Assembly: GCF_009914755.1 (NCBI RefSeq)
Contig: NC_060945.1
Strand: one strand, 5' to 3'
Length of the DNA: 64,000 nucleotides
From: the human T2T-CHM13v2.0 reference genome, Homo sapiens
The notes below the pieces were generated by a model. That model did no database searches and was not told the origin of the DNA. It worked only from the letters and a program-made list of their open reading frames with translations. The translations under genes and the position numbers were made by a program. This document shows, piece after piece, positions 35,872 to 53,774 of this stretch (positions are counted from its first letter, which is position 1; every line of letters begins with the position of its first letter).

Positions 35872-36981
35872 TTTTCCAAGGTTCACCGTCCTTTGAGGGC
35901 ACACTGTGTTGCCACCATAACTCAGCTGGTCATGCCTCGAATGCTCTGGTGGAAGACCCGCTTGGTGTCAGTTCTCTCAGGTCCTCTCTTTTCTTTCTCA
36001 GTGAATGACTTTCTGGACACCATCTCCAGGACCCCATCCACTTGCCTCCCCAGGTGGAACCCAGCTCTGGGTCTCTCCAACCACTTGTTCCCTAGGGGAG
36101 CCTCCCTGGCCACCACCCAGCTGGGGGCCACCCCTCCAGGGCTCTCTCCCTGGAAAGGCTGACCTAGGGGTACAGGCTGGGGTGGCAGCCCACCCAATCG
36201 AAGCGAGGCATCCCATTCGTCTCCTGGACTGGGCATCTTTTCAGTAGACTCGTAGTGTCTAGAAGGTCTTTACTATCTGAGTCATCAAGGAAAAAGCTTT
36301 GCTCTTGGACTGATAATTAGTGGCAAGTGACATGTGCTCATAAAAACACCAAATTAGCTCATCTGCCCACACAGTGCCTTTCACCCTTGGGTGGTCTCAG
36401 AAGCACCTGCAGAGCTAAAAAGGAGCTCAGCGCCAGGCTCAGTGAGGTAGGACAGGGCTGGGCCTAGGTGTGTGTATCCAGTTCCCTGGGTGACTCTAAA
36501 ATGACCAGTGTGAGAACCACAGGCACTGGCCATCTGCACAACAGCTGGGAACGGGCAACCAGATCTTTGAAAAGCCCAAGAAACCACAGGCAAAAATGTA
36601 CTCACCACAATGACATTTTCAGAGTTTCGATCAGAGCCCTCTGTCGAGAAGGAGGGTCCTGGAGCCCACGGGCCTGGAGGCTGGTCAGCTCTCTTCCATG
36701 CCTCCCCTGCTCTTTCCTCTTAGTGCTTGGGACCAAAGGTGTGATAGGATGGGGGGGGTGGGGGCTGGGGATGGGGAAGGGACCATGGATGATGGATCAA
36801 AGTGTGGAAGGACGAAATCCACTGCAGAGAGAGAGATTCATCAGGCGCTCCTAAGAGCCAAGGGCGAGAGACTCACAGAGTAGGATGAGCAAAGGGTAGT
36901 AAGGGCAGTTGTTGGTGCTGCCTTTGTAGGTTCCTGGGGCTCTCACCCAGCACTGCTTGTCACCAACTCTGTAACCTCTGA

Positions 36982-37486
<505 letters not shown>

Positions 37487-38372
37487 TGAACTCCTGACCT
37501 CTTGATCCGCTCAACTCAGCCTCCCAAAGTGCTGGGATTATAGGCGTGAGCCACCGCGCCCGGCCAATGTTAGCTATTATTAATGGACAATTATGACTAA
37601 TTATGAAGTACTTTCTTTTAAAAGCCTAGATCTCTAAGTAATGTCTTCCTCCCTCAGTCCTCAGCACCCGCCTGGTCGGGCATTGGGTCTCACCAAGCTA
37701 CAGAGCCCTAGGTGCGCTGTGTTAGGTCACCAAGACTTTAGTCTGGTGATACTGACCCCAGGGCCCCAAATCACCATGTCTGCAAGTCTGGAACCCAAAG
37801 GCCTCCGTTCCCCGGGGTGGTGCAGGGAAGCCGCAGGGAGTGCGTCAGCTGTGGAGAGCGTAGGGGTGGGAAGTGAAGGCTGTGGGGTCCCCCAGGGGGT
37901 CAGGTTCGTCCTCGAAGGCAGGCCCTCCACAGGAAGACCTGGTTGGGGTGGGATCGGACACGCGGCCCAGACCCAGGCACCTGTGGATGGACGGCCGGGC
38001 ATGTGGCCATCGGCTGGGGGCCTCTGCAGGCCGCGCCACCAGAGTGGGCACTCAGGGTCCGCAAGGGTCTGGGGCGCCCCCAGAGAAGCCCGCCGCCCCA
38101 GGCCGGTGCGGAGTTGACTGGGTCCCCCCGGCCCCGTGTCTGTCAGCTCCCGCGCGGCCCCTGGGAAGGGACGCGGATCGGATGCGGGCTCCGGGCCCTG
38201 CAGGCAGTTGAGAGCGCGGTTCCCTTGGGTATCCGGGGTCCGGGGTCACTTTCGCGCCTCCGCACTATTCCCACGCCCGCGCGCACTCTCGTGGCCATCC
38301 GCGTTGCGAGAGTGTCGCGCCCGGAGGTCAGGGGCGTGGAGCCCGGGCCCCCGAGTCTCCCCTGCGTGCGGC

Positions 38373-38400
38373 GGGGCGCGGGGCGCGGGGCGCGGGGCGC
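38373..38400 (+). repeat. (GGGGCGC)4 repeat, four-tier G-quadruplex motif in the PDXK promoter
   Basis: G4 tracts at 38373, 38380, 38387, 38394. Confidence 0.9.
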
Positions 38401-38431
38401 AGGGCTGAGGCGGAGCACAATGGTTGAATGA

Positions 38432-38957
<526 letters not shown>

Positions 38958-41900
38958 CCGAGCCCGTGACCTTGGCGGGGCTGCCCGAGACGAGCCTCAG
39001 TTCCCCGAGGGAGGCTCGGGAGCTGCGGGCAGAGCCTGGCGCGGGCGCCCTGGAGGCAGGCGCGGGATGAGCCTCCCGCTCTGCTTGGCTTGCGGGGGCG
39101 GAAGCGGAGGGCTGAGCGCTCTGCGGGCCCCTGCGGGTGGGACGGGTCCGGCGTCGGGGTACGCGGGTAGGAGGGAGCCCTGTGCACCAGCTATGGCGCA
39201 GCCGCTCGTCCTCGCCCCTTCCCGCCGACCGGGCCAACTGCCGCGGGGGCGGGCGGGCGGTGCGGCTCCCGGAGGCGAGGAAATGTCGCAGAGCCCCGAG
39301 GAGTCCCGGAGCAGTCACGCGAGCCGGGACCTTGCCCCGCTGGAACGCAGAAGCGGCCGTGGAGCTCGAGACGCTCGCGCGCTCACCTCCTGGGCCCCTG
39401 TGCGTGGGGAAGTCAGGAAGAAGACGCCGAGTGAGGTCACGGTGCCCACGAGGGTGGATTCCCCTCGGCCTGACCACGCCAGGAGGTGGCCGAAGGGAAG
39501 AGGGTGGGGCAGGGGCTGCTCTGCACCCTCTAGCAGAGCGGCATCCCTGCAGGTGTTTGCTCTGACGAGGAGAAGCCCCAGAGAGCAGTTCGGGACTGTG
39601 CGGATTGGCTTTAGGGAGCCAGCTTTTAAAACGCGTTGGCCCACGGCCTCCTGGTTGCAGCTAAGTGGCCCGTGGAGGGGTAGGAGAGGCCTGGGTGCAG
39701 TGGCGTGGGTGTCACGCAGGGCCGAGGCAGAACCAGGACGACGGGCACTTCCTGGCCTTGTCGAGTCAGCAGGAGGGCTGGGGGTGCCCTGCCGGGTCGT
39801 GCTCTCCTGTGCTGCCCACCTGCGGCCTGGTCACTGGGGACGGGAGCAGGTATGCCTGGTCCCTGTGCTGGGCCCCACGGGATGTAAAGAAGGGCCACCT
39901 GGGCACGGCGGGGCCTGCGGTGCGGGCTGGCCTGGGAGGAGGACAGGAAGAGGGGAGCAGAGCTTCAGTGGAATTTGAGGGCTGACCTAGGCGTGCCCCC
40001 AGGAGGACCAAGCTGAGCAGAGTTGAGCGTGGAAAGGCAGGGGGTTCGAGTCCGAAGTAAGTGGAGGTCCTGTTGGGAAGGATGCGGTGCTTCACAGGTG
40101 GTCTTACTTGAGACCCTGTTCCATCCAGCTGCAGGCAGACCCTGCCTGGGACAGTCAGGGTGCACCGGTTCTGTGGCTCCGGCTCTTAAGCACTGCTCTG
40201 GACCACTCCTAGCTTGAGGGGGTTGGGGGAGGTCACCACAGGCTGGCGGATTGCTTGGGCAGAGTCAGAGGTAGGATTGGGCTTGGGAAGAAAGGTGCAG
40301 GGTGCCTGAAGCAGGGGCAGCCAGGCAGTGTGGAACCAGGGGGCTCTGAGGACAGCGTCCACTCTCTTGGCAGAAGTGTGCAGGTCCTGCTGTGTCTGTC
40401 CCGTCCCTCCTCCCATCCACCTCCTACTTCATTGGGCAAACTGTTTCCTTCTTTGGCTCACTCGGGATCCCCCAGCAATGTCCTTTGTTCTCGAACTCCC
40501 AGTGACTCGAGGGGTGTCCTCTGATTGCTCACCTCAGGTGGAGCCTCGAAAGGATGGCGCTGCTGTTCCTACCTCGGGTCTCCCCAGTGCACGGCATCCT
40601 TACCTGTGGGCTCCACAGGGTTCCATGCAGGCATTTTGCTCCCATACCCCGATGTCCAAGCCCGGCTGGACAAGGAGAAGCAATGTGATGACCGAGGGGC
40701 TGAGATGGCTGGAGACCCAGCGAGCCTGGACCAGCCTTAGTGGGCACAGGAGGGAATGGGGGACAGAGCCTGGAAATGGCCTTGGGGCCAGTGTTTGCCG
40801 CTTCTAGCTGCAGTTCCAAGGGGACGTGTCCCCAAAGTCTAGAGCTGCTCTTGCAAGAGTTTGTTCTTGATTTTGATCATCACATGTGGCTTAGGACTCC
40901 AAAGCCTTGTTCACATAGCTGAATGTGAGGAAAGAAAACTTAGAAACTGGCAGAACATAGCCTCTGGCTGGGCCCCAGAGATTTGCCTCAAGGCTACTTG
41001 GAATGAGACTGGAGAATGCCTCAGGGGTGTGGCATGTAGCAGGGCGGCTGGAGAGGCGCCTTATGGGGACTGACCCAGGTGTCTGGGGGTCCCACCTCAA
41101 AGCAGGTGTCTCCACATCTTGGAATTCCAGCTGAGGGACCTGGCCCTGGTTTCTGAGCCTTCCGGAGTCTCACCTGCAAACTAGGCACAATACCTGTTTG
41201 CAAGATAGCACCAGGGCTCCTTGTGCCCTTCATGCCAGGCTCAGGGTACACCTATTGCCAGGGAGCTCCCACTGATTCCTTGTGAGTGTAGCACAGATTT
41301 GTTGCGACTGGACCATCTGCACGTCTGGGCTTCAGAGCTGTTCTCCCCAGCTGTTTTCTGCCAGGTCCTGTCAGAGGCAGCCACCCTCCCTGGGCAGAGC
41401 AAAACCTTGAGCCTGTGTTTGGATTTTGTTTCTGGGCCTAAGCCTAAGGTACATATTAGTGGTGGGGAACTAAAGGAGGGAACATGTTGGCATGACCAGT
41501 ACTGGCAGGAGGTGCAGTGTGTCAGGCAGCATGATTGGGGTTTGCAGATAGAACGCAGAGGGCAAGGGCAGGCTTGAGGTTTGGGGGTGCATGGAGGAGA
41601 GGAGCTGGGGGGGCTGCCCAAGTCAAGCACAGACCTGCCCAAGACAGGCCATGGGATGCACCCTGGGGTGGGGCACTTCCCCGCTGCTCTGGCTTGGATT
41701 CTAGACAGGAAGGAGTGGAGGGAACTAGTGGCTGCGGCCATCTGCCCTTCCACATTGCTAGGACTGTTTCCTCTTGGGTGTAGGAAACCTCAGGTTCTTC
41801 CAGGGCTGGGAGGTTTGGCTCTTTGGAGCCCCAGGTGTGTATGTGTGGAAAGCCTTCCTGGCTATCAGTTCAGCAGCTCACATGTTTCTGTAGGCCTCAC

Positions 41901-42029
41901 TGCATGGGGGAGATCCTGGGGCCCTCAGGGCAGCCTCCCAACCCCTTTTGCTCTATTGCTTCCGTAACCCTAAGGTACACAGCTGTAGGGTTATGTATGA
42001 GTTTGCTGGATTGAAAATACCATATGCAG

Positions 42030-43080
<1,051 letters not shown>

Positions 43081-44219
43081 GGAAGGAGCCTTCAGAGAAA
43101 TTTGAAAGTGGCATAAACCAAGGGGTGAATTAAAGGCCCAGAAGTTGATGACGTCAAGACGTCCTTTTTGGAAGTGAGGGGAGCAGCACAGCTGTGAGTC
43201 TCCAAACTGGGCTGTGCAGAGATTGTCCCAAGCACGTCTGAGGCCAGTAGCTGCCCTGTGGGGAGAGGCAAGCCTGTCCTGTCACTGTGCATCCCGTCCA
43301 GATGGACAGGTAGTAGATTCCCGCTGGCTGGGTGATATCCGTGTCCTTCATCTGTCAGCCTCTGGAGCCGCCGAGGCTGGGTGCCAGGCACTGCCGCCTG
43401 GGACACATGTGACCTCCGTGCTGCAGGACCACAGTGCAGGTGCGCTTTCACAGGGCCGCTCCTAGGGAGGAGGTTGTGGACATCAGACATTCCATGATTG
43501 GATTCCATGGCTTTGAGAATCTCACTTGGGGCCTTAGCTCGAGACCCATTTAAATACCACATCGCAGAGACCAGAAGGCAAGACCATGGGACTCCCTGCA
43601 GCCCCCACCAGAAGACCCTGTGAGGTGGCTGGCTCCATCTGGGGCCTGCAGGCAGCCGCATTCTTTCATTCTCGTGGTCCGTCGGTGCGGAGCAGACCTG
43701 AGACACCTGAGGGGGCTTGGCGGAGGTTGTATTTCTCTGTCTAGGGGCCTCAATGCCATGCCCGTTAGGCAGGTGGACTGTGGCTCAAGCGCCCCACAGG
43801 AAGAGGCAGGGGGCTCCCTGCCCTGGAACCCTGGATGTCAGCACCTGACTCCTACCTGCTGTGACATTGGCAAAAGTAGCTGTGGCAGAGGCCGAGGGTC
43901 CCACCTGCTTACTGGGCCCCGCTTCTCCGGACAGGAGCAGAAGCTGCAGAGCTTTGGGACCTCAGCACTTGAGCAGCATGTGGACGCGAGCAGCGAGTAA
44001 CCCCGGGCTCCCAGAGACGCGTGACGGGGTCCCCAGGGGGTTGCTTGAGGGCCCTCAAGTCAGGAGCTGATTTCTATCCTCAAATATTTAAGCATCCCCA
44101 AGCCCAGGTGCGGTGGCTCACACCTATAATCCCAGTACTTTAGGAGGCCGAGATGGGGGGATCACTTGAGCCTGGGAGTTTGAGACCACCGTGGGCAACA
44201 TAGCAAGACTCCAGCTCTA

Positions 44220-44432
<213 letters not shown>

Positions 44433-44677
44433 TTAACCAGAAAGTTGACAGAGAATACCGATGCACTAGGTAGACCCTGTTTTAAAAAAAAAAAAATCCC
44501 CTGCTCTGCAAAGTGGCCTCTTCTTCAGAGATGTGGCATCACTGGAGGGTTCTCTTGGGGAAATGGTTAAAACACCTGGTGTTGGCTGGGTGCAGTGGCT
44601 CACGCCTGTAATCCCAGCACTTTGGGAGGCTGAGGCAGGCGGATCACAAGATCAGGAGATCGAGACCAGTCTGGCTA

Positions 44678-44863
<186 letters not shown>

Positions 44864-45017
44864 TCAAAACAAAACAAAACACCTGGTGTTTTGAAAAATC
44901 TTTACATTTTTTCTTAGAATTCCTAGGATAGAAAGAGTCTTCTTTGCCTTCAGAACTGCACTATAAGATCCTGGAAGAATACCACCCTGCCTTTTAAAAG
45001 ACATCATTTTTGCCTTA

Positions 45018-45203
<186 letters not shown>

Positions 45204-45724
45204 TTAGCCGGGCGTGGTGGCACACTACTGTAATCCCAGCTACTCAGGAGGGTGAGGAAGGAGATTGCTTAAACCCAGGAAGTGGAGGTTGCAGTGAGCC
45301 AAGATTGCACCACTGCACTCCAGCCCCTGCAACAGAGCAAGACTCAGGCTCAAAACAAAAAAAAAAGAAAAGGAAAGGAAAAAGAGCCAGTGGTGAAAAG
45401 TGTGCCTCCTTCCTTCCTCCGGTGGCCCGCACTAACTTCCTTAGAGGTGATGCTGATGCTGTATGTTGGAGACGCTTCTGAGTGTCCTCGGAACGTTCCC
45501 ACGTGCTCTCCAGGCCATGCTGGGCAGCTGGCTTTCCTCCCGTCTAGCTGGGATTCTCTCTCTCTCTCTCTCTCTCTCTCTGGCCTCTGCCAGTCCCTGG
45601 GTCTGAGCCAGAATGTGTCCCAATCCAGGAAACAGGTGTTGTTTCTGGTATTTCTTCTTTTTCTTTCATCTTTCTCCAAGAAGGAAGAAAATTGGCTAGT
45701 TTTTTGCTTTTCTGACTCCCTTAG

Positions 45725-46264
<540 letters not shown>

Positions 46265-46306
46265 TGATCTATTTTTCCCTCTTGCCTCTGGCTCTAGCCC
46301 ACATCG

Positions 46307-46550
46307 GTGCATGTGTGTGTGTGTATGTGGGTGTGCATGTGTGTACGTGGTGTGTTTGTGTACACTGTGTGTGTATGTGGGTGTGCATGTGTGTACATGG
46401 TGTGTGTGTATGTGGGTGTGCTTGTGTGTACATGGCATGCATGTGTGCATGTGGGATGCATGTGTATGGGGCATGTGTGCATGGCGTGTGTGCACATGTC
46501 TGGGCATGCATGCGTGTGTCATGGGCATGCATGTGTGTGTATGCGGTGTG
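46307..46550. repeat. Degenerate (TG/CATG)n alternating purine-pyrimidine tract
   Basis: ~240 bp of tgtgtg/gcatgt. Confidence 0.9.
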
Positions 46551-48059
46551 TTGCTCTGCAGGCCCCAGTGTTGGCCGGCCCCCCCGTCTTTCCTGTAAGT
46601 GACTTCCTTCCTAGGAGGCTTGGTGTGACTGGCATTCCCTGGAAAGGGAGGGGCGGATCCGCAGAACGGGCAGCTTCGGGGACACAGGGGCTGCTGATTG
46701 GCATTGTGGCTTGTTGGCCTTGGTGTCTGCGGGTGCACACCCACACAGAGCTTTTGAAATGGAATCCTGCGTGCCCAGTTCACAGAGTGAGTGACGCTGA
46801 GGAATAAGAACAGAGGGAACTTCTCAAGGAGAAAGGAAGAAAGGAGTTGTCAAAGATGGGCTGAGCAAAAAACCGTGCAATCAGCCGAGGAGGGGCCGGC
46901 AGCGCCTCCCTTCCTGCCCACAGAGCAGCCGCCTTGTGCCCATCTATTCCCCGGCTCTGCATGGGGCCTCTGTTTTAAAGGGTTCTGTGGCCAAGACAAG
47001 CCTGCCAGCCCCTGTCCCTGTCCTTGGCCACTCCTCCGGCAGCTTTCCCCATTCCTGAAGCAGGTGGCTAGCCTGCTTAGCCTCTTGTCCCATCTCCTTA
47101 CCTGTGACAGTCACCAAGCCTCTGGGAATGTGGTCACCCTAGGACAGCTAAACGAGGAAGCTGTGCAGTGCACACAGGTTTGGCTGACCCCAAGGGCCAG
47201 TTGCTGTGCATGGGAGCGAGTTCCAAGGGGTGGGAGGGAGCCAGCACTAGGTGGAGCTCTGCCAGCCGGGGCACAGGGAGGAACAGCATCCAGGAGGAGG
47301 GTGCAGCGGGTGTGAGGCCCTGTGGAGCAGACTCTGGAGCTAGAATAAGGTGGCATTTTTGCTGCACGCTGTGGGGGTGGACGGGGCCCGAGGTCACACC
47401 AGGGAGCCCATATTGGGTCAGGAATGCTGCTTTGGCAATCCCTGGACTCAGCCCCCAGCTGTCTGGCCATCTGGGCACTTCTGAGCCAGCCATGACCTCT
47501 GCCTTCCCTTAGCACTTTGCAGTGAGCCCAGCACCTGGCAGCCCCTGCCCAGCTGGTGCACGGTCCCTCTGCGGCACTGTGAGCCTGGAAGTAGGGAGCT
47601 GGGTGTCCATGTGCTCTGAGCAGGGCTGGGGGCCCAGGCGATGGACCCTGGAGCTGTGAAGGCTGAGGCAGGGGTGGGTCAGGGATGAGGGGAGACTGCT
47701 CTGGGGGGCTCGGGGCCATTTCCACCAGAAGTTCCCCCTGGGAGTTTGTAGGACAAAGGACATGGTTGATGTGGATCATAGGGCTGACCAGTGGCAGGCG
47801 GTGGGAGGGACGCGGGGTGCTTGTGCCCCAGGTTGATCAGGGTGAAGCAGTCACATGATCTCTCCTGTCCTCTTTCCTCATTCTGGTTTCCTAAAGTGGT
47901 CAGAGGTCTCTGCAAAATAAGCTAAAGGGAGGGTTCTGCTGGGTGGGTGGCTTCGGCTTCTGTGCAGCGCTCACCCTGCTCTCCCCTGGAACGCCTGGAA
48001 CTAGGGTGGTCAGGCTGGGGTGGAGGAGCTCCCCTGGAATGTTCCAGAGCTTCCCCCAC

Positions 48060-48900
48060 TCCTGCCGTTCTGAGTCACCCTGCCTCCCCGGAGGAGGAGG
48101 AGGATCAGCTGAGCCGCCGCGCTCACGTAGTGTCTGGCTGTCTGCCTGTCTGCCTCGCTGTGAGCAGAGTGGGATGCTGCCGATAAGGCGCGCACGTGGG
48201 CCCTGGGAGGAGCCCGAGGCAGCCACTCCCGCACGTGGGCAGGAGGAGGGCTGCTCACACCACCGGCCGAGGGAGGAGGACTGCGGGCTGCGCCTGGGCA
48301 GGGGATGAGCTTGTGTCGCGGGCGGCAGGGGGAAGGGAGTCGGAGAGCTCCTGCGGTCCAGCCGGATGACTGATGAGGTTGAAAGCACTTCCGCTGCGGC
48401 CCCCGCAGGAAGTTCCCAGGAGGAAGTTGCGACCCTTTCTAAGCCATCCCACTGGCCTGGACTCTGCTGGGATTATTTTGACCCCCCAGGGCAGAGTGTA
48501 GCCATCTGACTGGCTTTCTCTCTCGGCAGGAGACGGGGCGCACGCCTGCAGGTGGGGGAGCCCCAATACGTCACACGGATGAGCGGGGCAAAGCCCAGCC
48601 CCCCACCCCGCACCCGCCCGCCCGCAATCCTGCCCCCTGGCTGCGGCCTCCGCGGCTCTTCCCACCCCGGCTCCGCTGGGTGCTTGGCGCTTGTTTACGG
48701 AGTTACACCTTGCGGTAGAGGCTGAGCAGGAGCTTGTCCTTCAGACTTCCCAGCGGAGACAGCCAGGCTGTCCTGTGGCAGCAGTGGGTTTGCCAGAGGC
48801 CGGGGGCTTTGGCCAGGGCCGGCAGAGAGCCCCAGTCCTGAAGAACCCTCGTTCTTCGCGTGCTGTCGCGGGGGCTCCGTAGGCACGGTTGCAGCAGGGT
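48060..48900. promoter_or_regulatory. CpG-rich intronic regulatory element (enhancer or alternative promoter) in PDXK intron 1
   Basis: local CpG enrichment in unique sequence; AP-1 TGAGTCA 48071, GATAAG 48182, E-boxes CACGTG 48193 and 48232, ETS GGAAGT motifs ~48408 and ~48422. Confidence 0.6.
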
Positions 48901-49793
48901 CTTGGAGGCCGAAAGAAGGACGGTCTGAGCTGAGAGAGGGGAGTTGGCCAGGCACAGGGGTTTCAGAGCTTTACAGGATTCAGAAGGTGCCCGGGGTTCT
49001 GCAGCCCAGTGAGGAGTTCACAGAGTGGTGGGCGACCCAGCAGCCAGGGGCATCAGCCGTGGGAGTGGGACGCTCCGGGAGTCTGAGCTGCATCCTGTGG
49101 GCGCAGCAGACGCTCAAGGGCTGGGTTTAGAGGGGTACGTCTGGAGGTGCGGGTGGGGAATGCACATGAGGGGAGCTAGGAGCAGAACAGTAGCACGGGC
49201 CGAGCACGATGGCTCACGCCTTGTTATTGCACCACTTTGGGAGGCTGAGGTGGGAGGATCGCTTGAGCCCCGGAGTTCAAGACCAGCCTGGGCAATATAG
49301 GCAATATTTCTCCACAAAAAATAAAACATAAAAAATTAACCAGGCATGGTGACACATGCCTGTAGTCCCAGCTACTCAGGAGGCTAAGGCAGGAGAATCA
49401 ATTGAGCCCAGGAGGGAGAGGTTGCAGCGAGCTGAGATTGTGCCGCTGGACTCCAGCCTGGGCAACAGCATGAGATCCTGTCTCAAAAAAAGAAAACCAA
49501 AACAAAACAAAAAAAACAAAAAACAAAAAATGGTAGCACGGCGGCCTAATAAGACCATCCCGAGAAGGGGGATGAGGTGATAGTCCACAGGCCTCAGTGG
49601 ACCGTCACAGCAGGTATGGACATCAGAGAGTCTTGCTCATATCTGATTGATTGATTGATTGATTGATTGATTTGGTTTGATTTGAATTTTTTTGAGGCAG
49701 AGTCTCTCTCTGTCACCCAGGCTAGTTGCAGTCTTGGCTCACTGCAACCTCCGCCTCCCAGGTTCAAGTGATTCTCCTGCCTTAGCCTCCTGA

Positions 49794-49979
<186 letters not shown>

Positions 49980-52900
49980 TAGAGTATGTACTGCCAAGCT
50001 CCGTGGTGTGAATACTTCCACTATAGCTGAACGTAAACTACCAACCTGAGCAGGAAAGAGCTGTGCAGCAGCCTCTGTCATGTAGCGTTCTTCCCTCCAG
50101 ACACAATAGACACAAATAGCTGAGTAGACAACAGATAGTGTAAAATGCTAGTAAACTAGGAAGTGGTGAGGCTACAATATATATTATGTTTACTTTTAAT
50201 ATAGTTTATGTAGTCTGGGTGCAGTGGCTCATACCTGTAGTCCCAGCACTTTGGGAGGCTAAGGGAGGAGAATTGATTGAGCTTAGGAGTTCAGGACTAG
50301 CCTGGACAACATAGTGAGACTCTGTCTCAACAAAAAAATATAAAAATTAGCCAGGTGTGGCAGCACGCACCTGTAGTCCTAGCTACTCAGGAGGCTGAAG
50401 AGGGTGGATCCCTTGATCCCAGGAGTTCAAGGCTGTAGTGAGCTATGATTGTGCCACTGCACTCCAGCCTGGGTGATAGAGTGAGACCCTGTCTCAAAAA
50501 ATAATAATATAATTTACATAATTGTAAGTTTTATGACTCAATTTTTTTTTTAAATAGAGATGGAATCTTGCTATGTTGCTCAGTCTGGTCTTGAACTCCT
50601 GGGCTTAAGTGATCAATCCTCCAGCCTCAGCCTCCCAAAGTGCTGCGATCACAGGTGTGAGCCACTGTGCCTGGCCATATGACTCAGTTTTTAATAATGA
50701 CTCTACGTAAAACTGACCTGCACTATTGCATCTGGCAATCGCGTGGCCCAATCCATCTTCAAAGCCAGCAACAGTCGTTGAGTCCTTCTTTTAACTTCCA
50801 ATCTCTGATTTTTCCTTCTGCCCTTCAGCCTGAGAAAACTCTGCTTTTGAAGGGCTCATGTCATTCAATTAAACTCTCCTGGATAAGAAGATCCTCATGG
50901 GAGAGAGATCTCATCACACTGACAGGTTTCACCCACACTCAGGGGGTTGCCCGAGGGTGAGCGGGGTCCCTGAAGGTCATTCTTAGAATTCTGCCACGGA
51001 AGAGCCCCATAGGCCATTATAGGGACAGGGTTTACTGTAAAACAAGGTGATTCACATACACAGACCAGTAATGCTGTTCCTAAAGGGGCCCAAGCTGATC
51101 CCATCAGTCAGCAGGGCTGCTCACAGGGCACCTGGCCTGTCTTTGTTGAAGGCGATTCCTGTGAAGGCAGTGGAGGAGCTCCGGGTGGGAGGTGAGTGTT
51201 GTGGAGAGCCCAGCAGCCCGCTGGGCTGAACCTTGGACCAAGAACCAGTCTGTCCTTGGCTCCCTTGTGGGTGGGGAAAGATGAGGTGTATCAGGCAGGG
51301 TCCAGTCCAGAAACAGAAACCAGAGCAACAATCGTAGAGGCCGTTGTTCAGCCAGGTATTGAGAAAATAGAGAAGGCAAAAAGGGAACACTGGTGTCGTG
51401 GAGGAGACCCCTGCCAGCATTGGCTCCACACAGCTGACCCTGGGATAAGAGAATTGTTGGACTCTTTAGAACCTGGAGCTGGGAAGGCAGGTGTCTGCCA
51501 GCTGGCGGGTGCTGGGAGTCTGTGGGGGCATGCGATGAGGAATTCTGCTGGTGGAGGGAAAGCCACAAAGTGGATTCCGCTGCTGCTATGGGAAGGGACG
51601 GTCACTACCGCTGCCCCTGTGGGGAGAAGAGCCCCGGGGGAAGAAGAGCACTGCTGACAGAAGCCCATTCTCTTCGCAGGCTTCAGTTTCACATTCTTGG
51701 TACCTCCTGGTGGTGCCTGGGAGGGAGCCACTGCTGTACAGAGATGCCAATTCCAGAGGCATGGTCCGGCACAGAGCGCTGGCTTCCAGCTGAAGGACAT
51801 GTGTAACAGCAGGAGATACCTTTCTCTGGGGTCCCAGGCTCCCGTCCTGGACCTTGGCACCCCGCCCCCCGTGCATTGTCGTCTTCTGAGTCTGGCTTTG
51901 TCTGGCACATGAAGTTGGATGGGTAGACTCTGGAAGCGTCCAGACCAGCTTGCGATGCTGATGAATAAGCTGATTTTGATGGGGTGTGTGAAACGGAGAT
52001 GCCAGCCCAGGGGCTCAGCTTGCTCGTGCTCTCATTTAAAAGCAGAAAATAGCGACTTCATTCTCGGATACGTTTGCCAGCCCCAAAGGATTAATTATCT
52101 ACACACCCAGAAGCAGTGGAGCAGAATATTTTGGCAGGATTTTCAGGATTTGTGTCATCGTTGCTTAATATCTGTTTCTTCACAGTCGGTTAGAATTTTA
52201 AAGGATTTGAAATACTGCAAGCTATCTGTGTATAGAGGCTGTGGATTCGGGCTGGTACATTTGCAAAGTGCCCATTTTATTTTTTATTTTTATTTTTATG
52301 TTTTTTGAGACATATTCTCACTCCGTCACCCAGGCTAGAGTGCAGTGGTGCCATCAGGGCTCACTGCAGCCTCCACCTCCTGGGCTCAGTGATCCTCCCA
52401 CCTCAGCCTCCCGAGTAGCTGGGACTACAGACATGTGCCACCACGCCCGGCTAATTTCTGTATTTTTTGTAGAGACAGGGTTTTTGCCATGTTGCCCAGG
52501 CTGGTCTTGAACTCCTGGCCTCAAACTGTACTCCTACCTCGGCCTCCTAAAGTGCTGGGATTACAGGCATGAGCCACTGCACCTGGCCGCAAAAAAAGTT
52601 AAAGTGCTAACTTTAACTTTTTAGATTAGTAAGACTGCTAACGTGTTTCATTAGTTCAGTGATAATACCGGCTTCAAAGAAAAGCCTTGGCAAATACAAA
52701 TCGTAAGCAGATAGCTCAACTCATCATCACAAAGCAAAGCCCACCCAGTGAAGAAACAAATGTGGGAAGCCCCGGAAGCCCCTCCCCATCCCCACCCCCC
52801 CCCCCCCGCCCCCCCCGCCCTGGAAACAGCCGCTGTCCTGGTGTTGACAGCAGAGGTGGCACTGCCTGGCTTTGAACTTGAAGGTGGGACTCAGGGGTGG

Positions 52901-53536
52901 TTGGCTGTTCAGATGCAGCAGGGAGAGAGGGTTTGGGGCATTGCTGGTGCACGGGAGAGGGTGGGGATGGCCCCCCAAACTAGCGGAGGCCGGGCTTGGC
53001 CCTGGGAGATACAGGAAGGAGGCCCCCACTCCGTGGATTCCGTCCTTCCTCTCCATCTGTCTGGAACCCTCACCCTCTCCCTCCCTCTCTGTCCTCACAC
53101 ACCCACTCCCTGACTCTCACTCAGGCTTTTGAGGCATGTGTGCTGCCCGCGGAGCCCTTGGCCTGACTTCTTCCAAGGGGTGGGGTAGACGCCCACATTT
53201 TCACAGCAGAGACAGCCTCCCAGCCTCTGTTCAGTGTGTGGACAGATGGGTATTGCCTTCGTTTTATTGTTTGTTAGTCTTATTGAGTGCTTTCGCTGGG
53301 TGCGATTTCTGGAATGATGCGTGAAGTGCTTCCCCATGGAGGTCCTGTGGGCTGGGCGATGCCCTCCCGGGCTGGTTGCTCCCCAGAGAGGGAAGCCCAG
53401 CTCCAGACACACAAGGCCCTGCCTGTGCACATGTCATGTGTGACTCGGGGAGAGCCTCCTGCTCTGATGCGTCAGCCCTCCAGCCTGCAGCTGGGGGCCC
53501 CGTGCCAGCCGGGACTCATTTACTCCCCTCTTCTGA

Positions 53537-53774
<238 letters not shown>

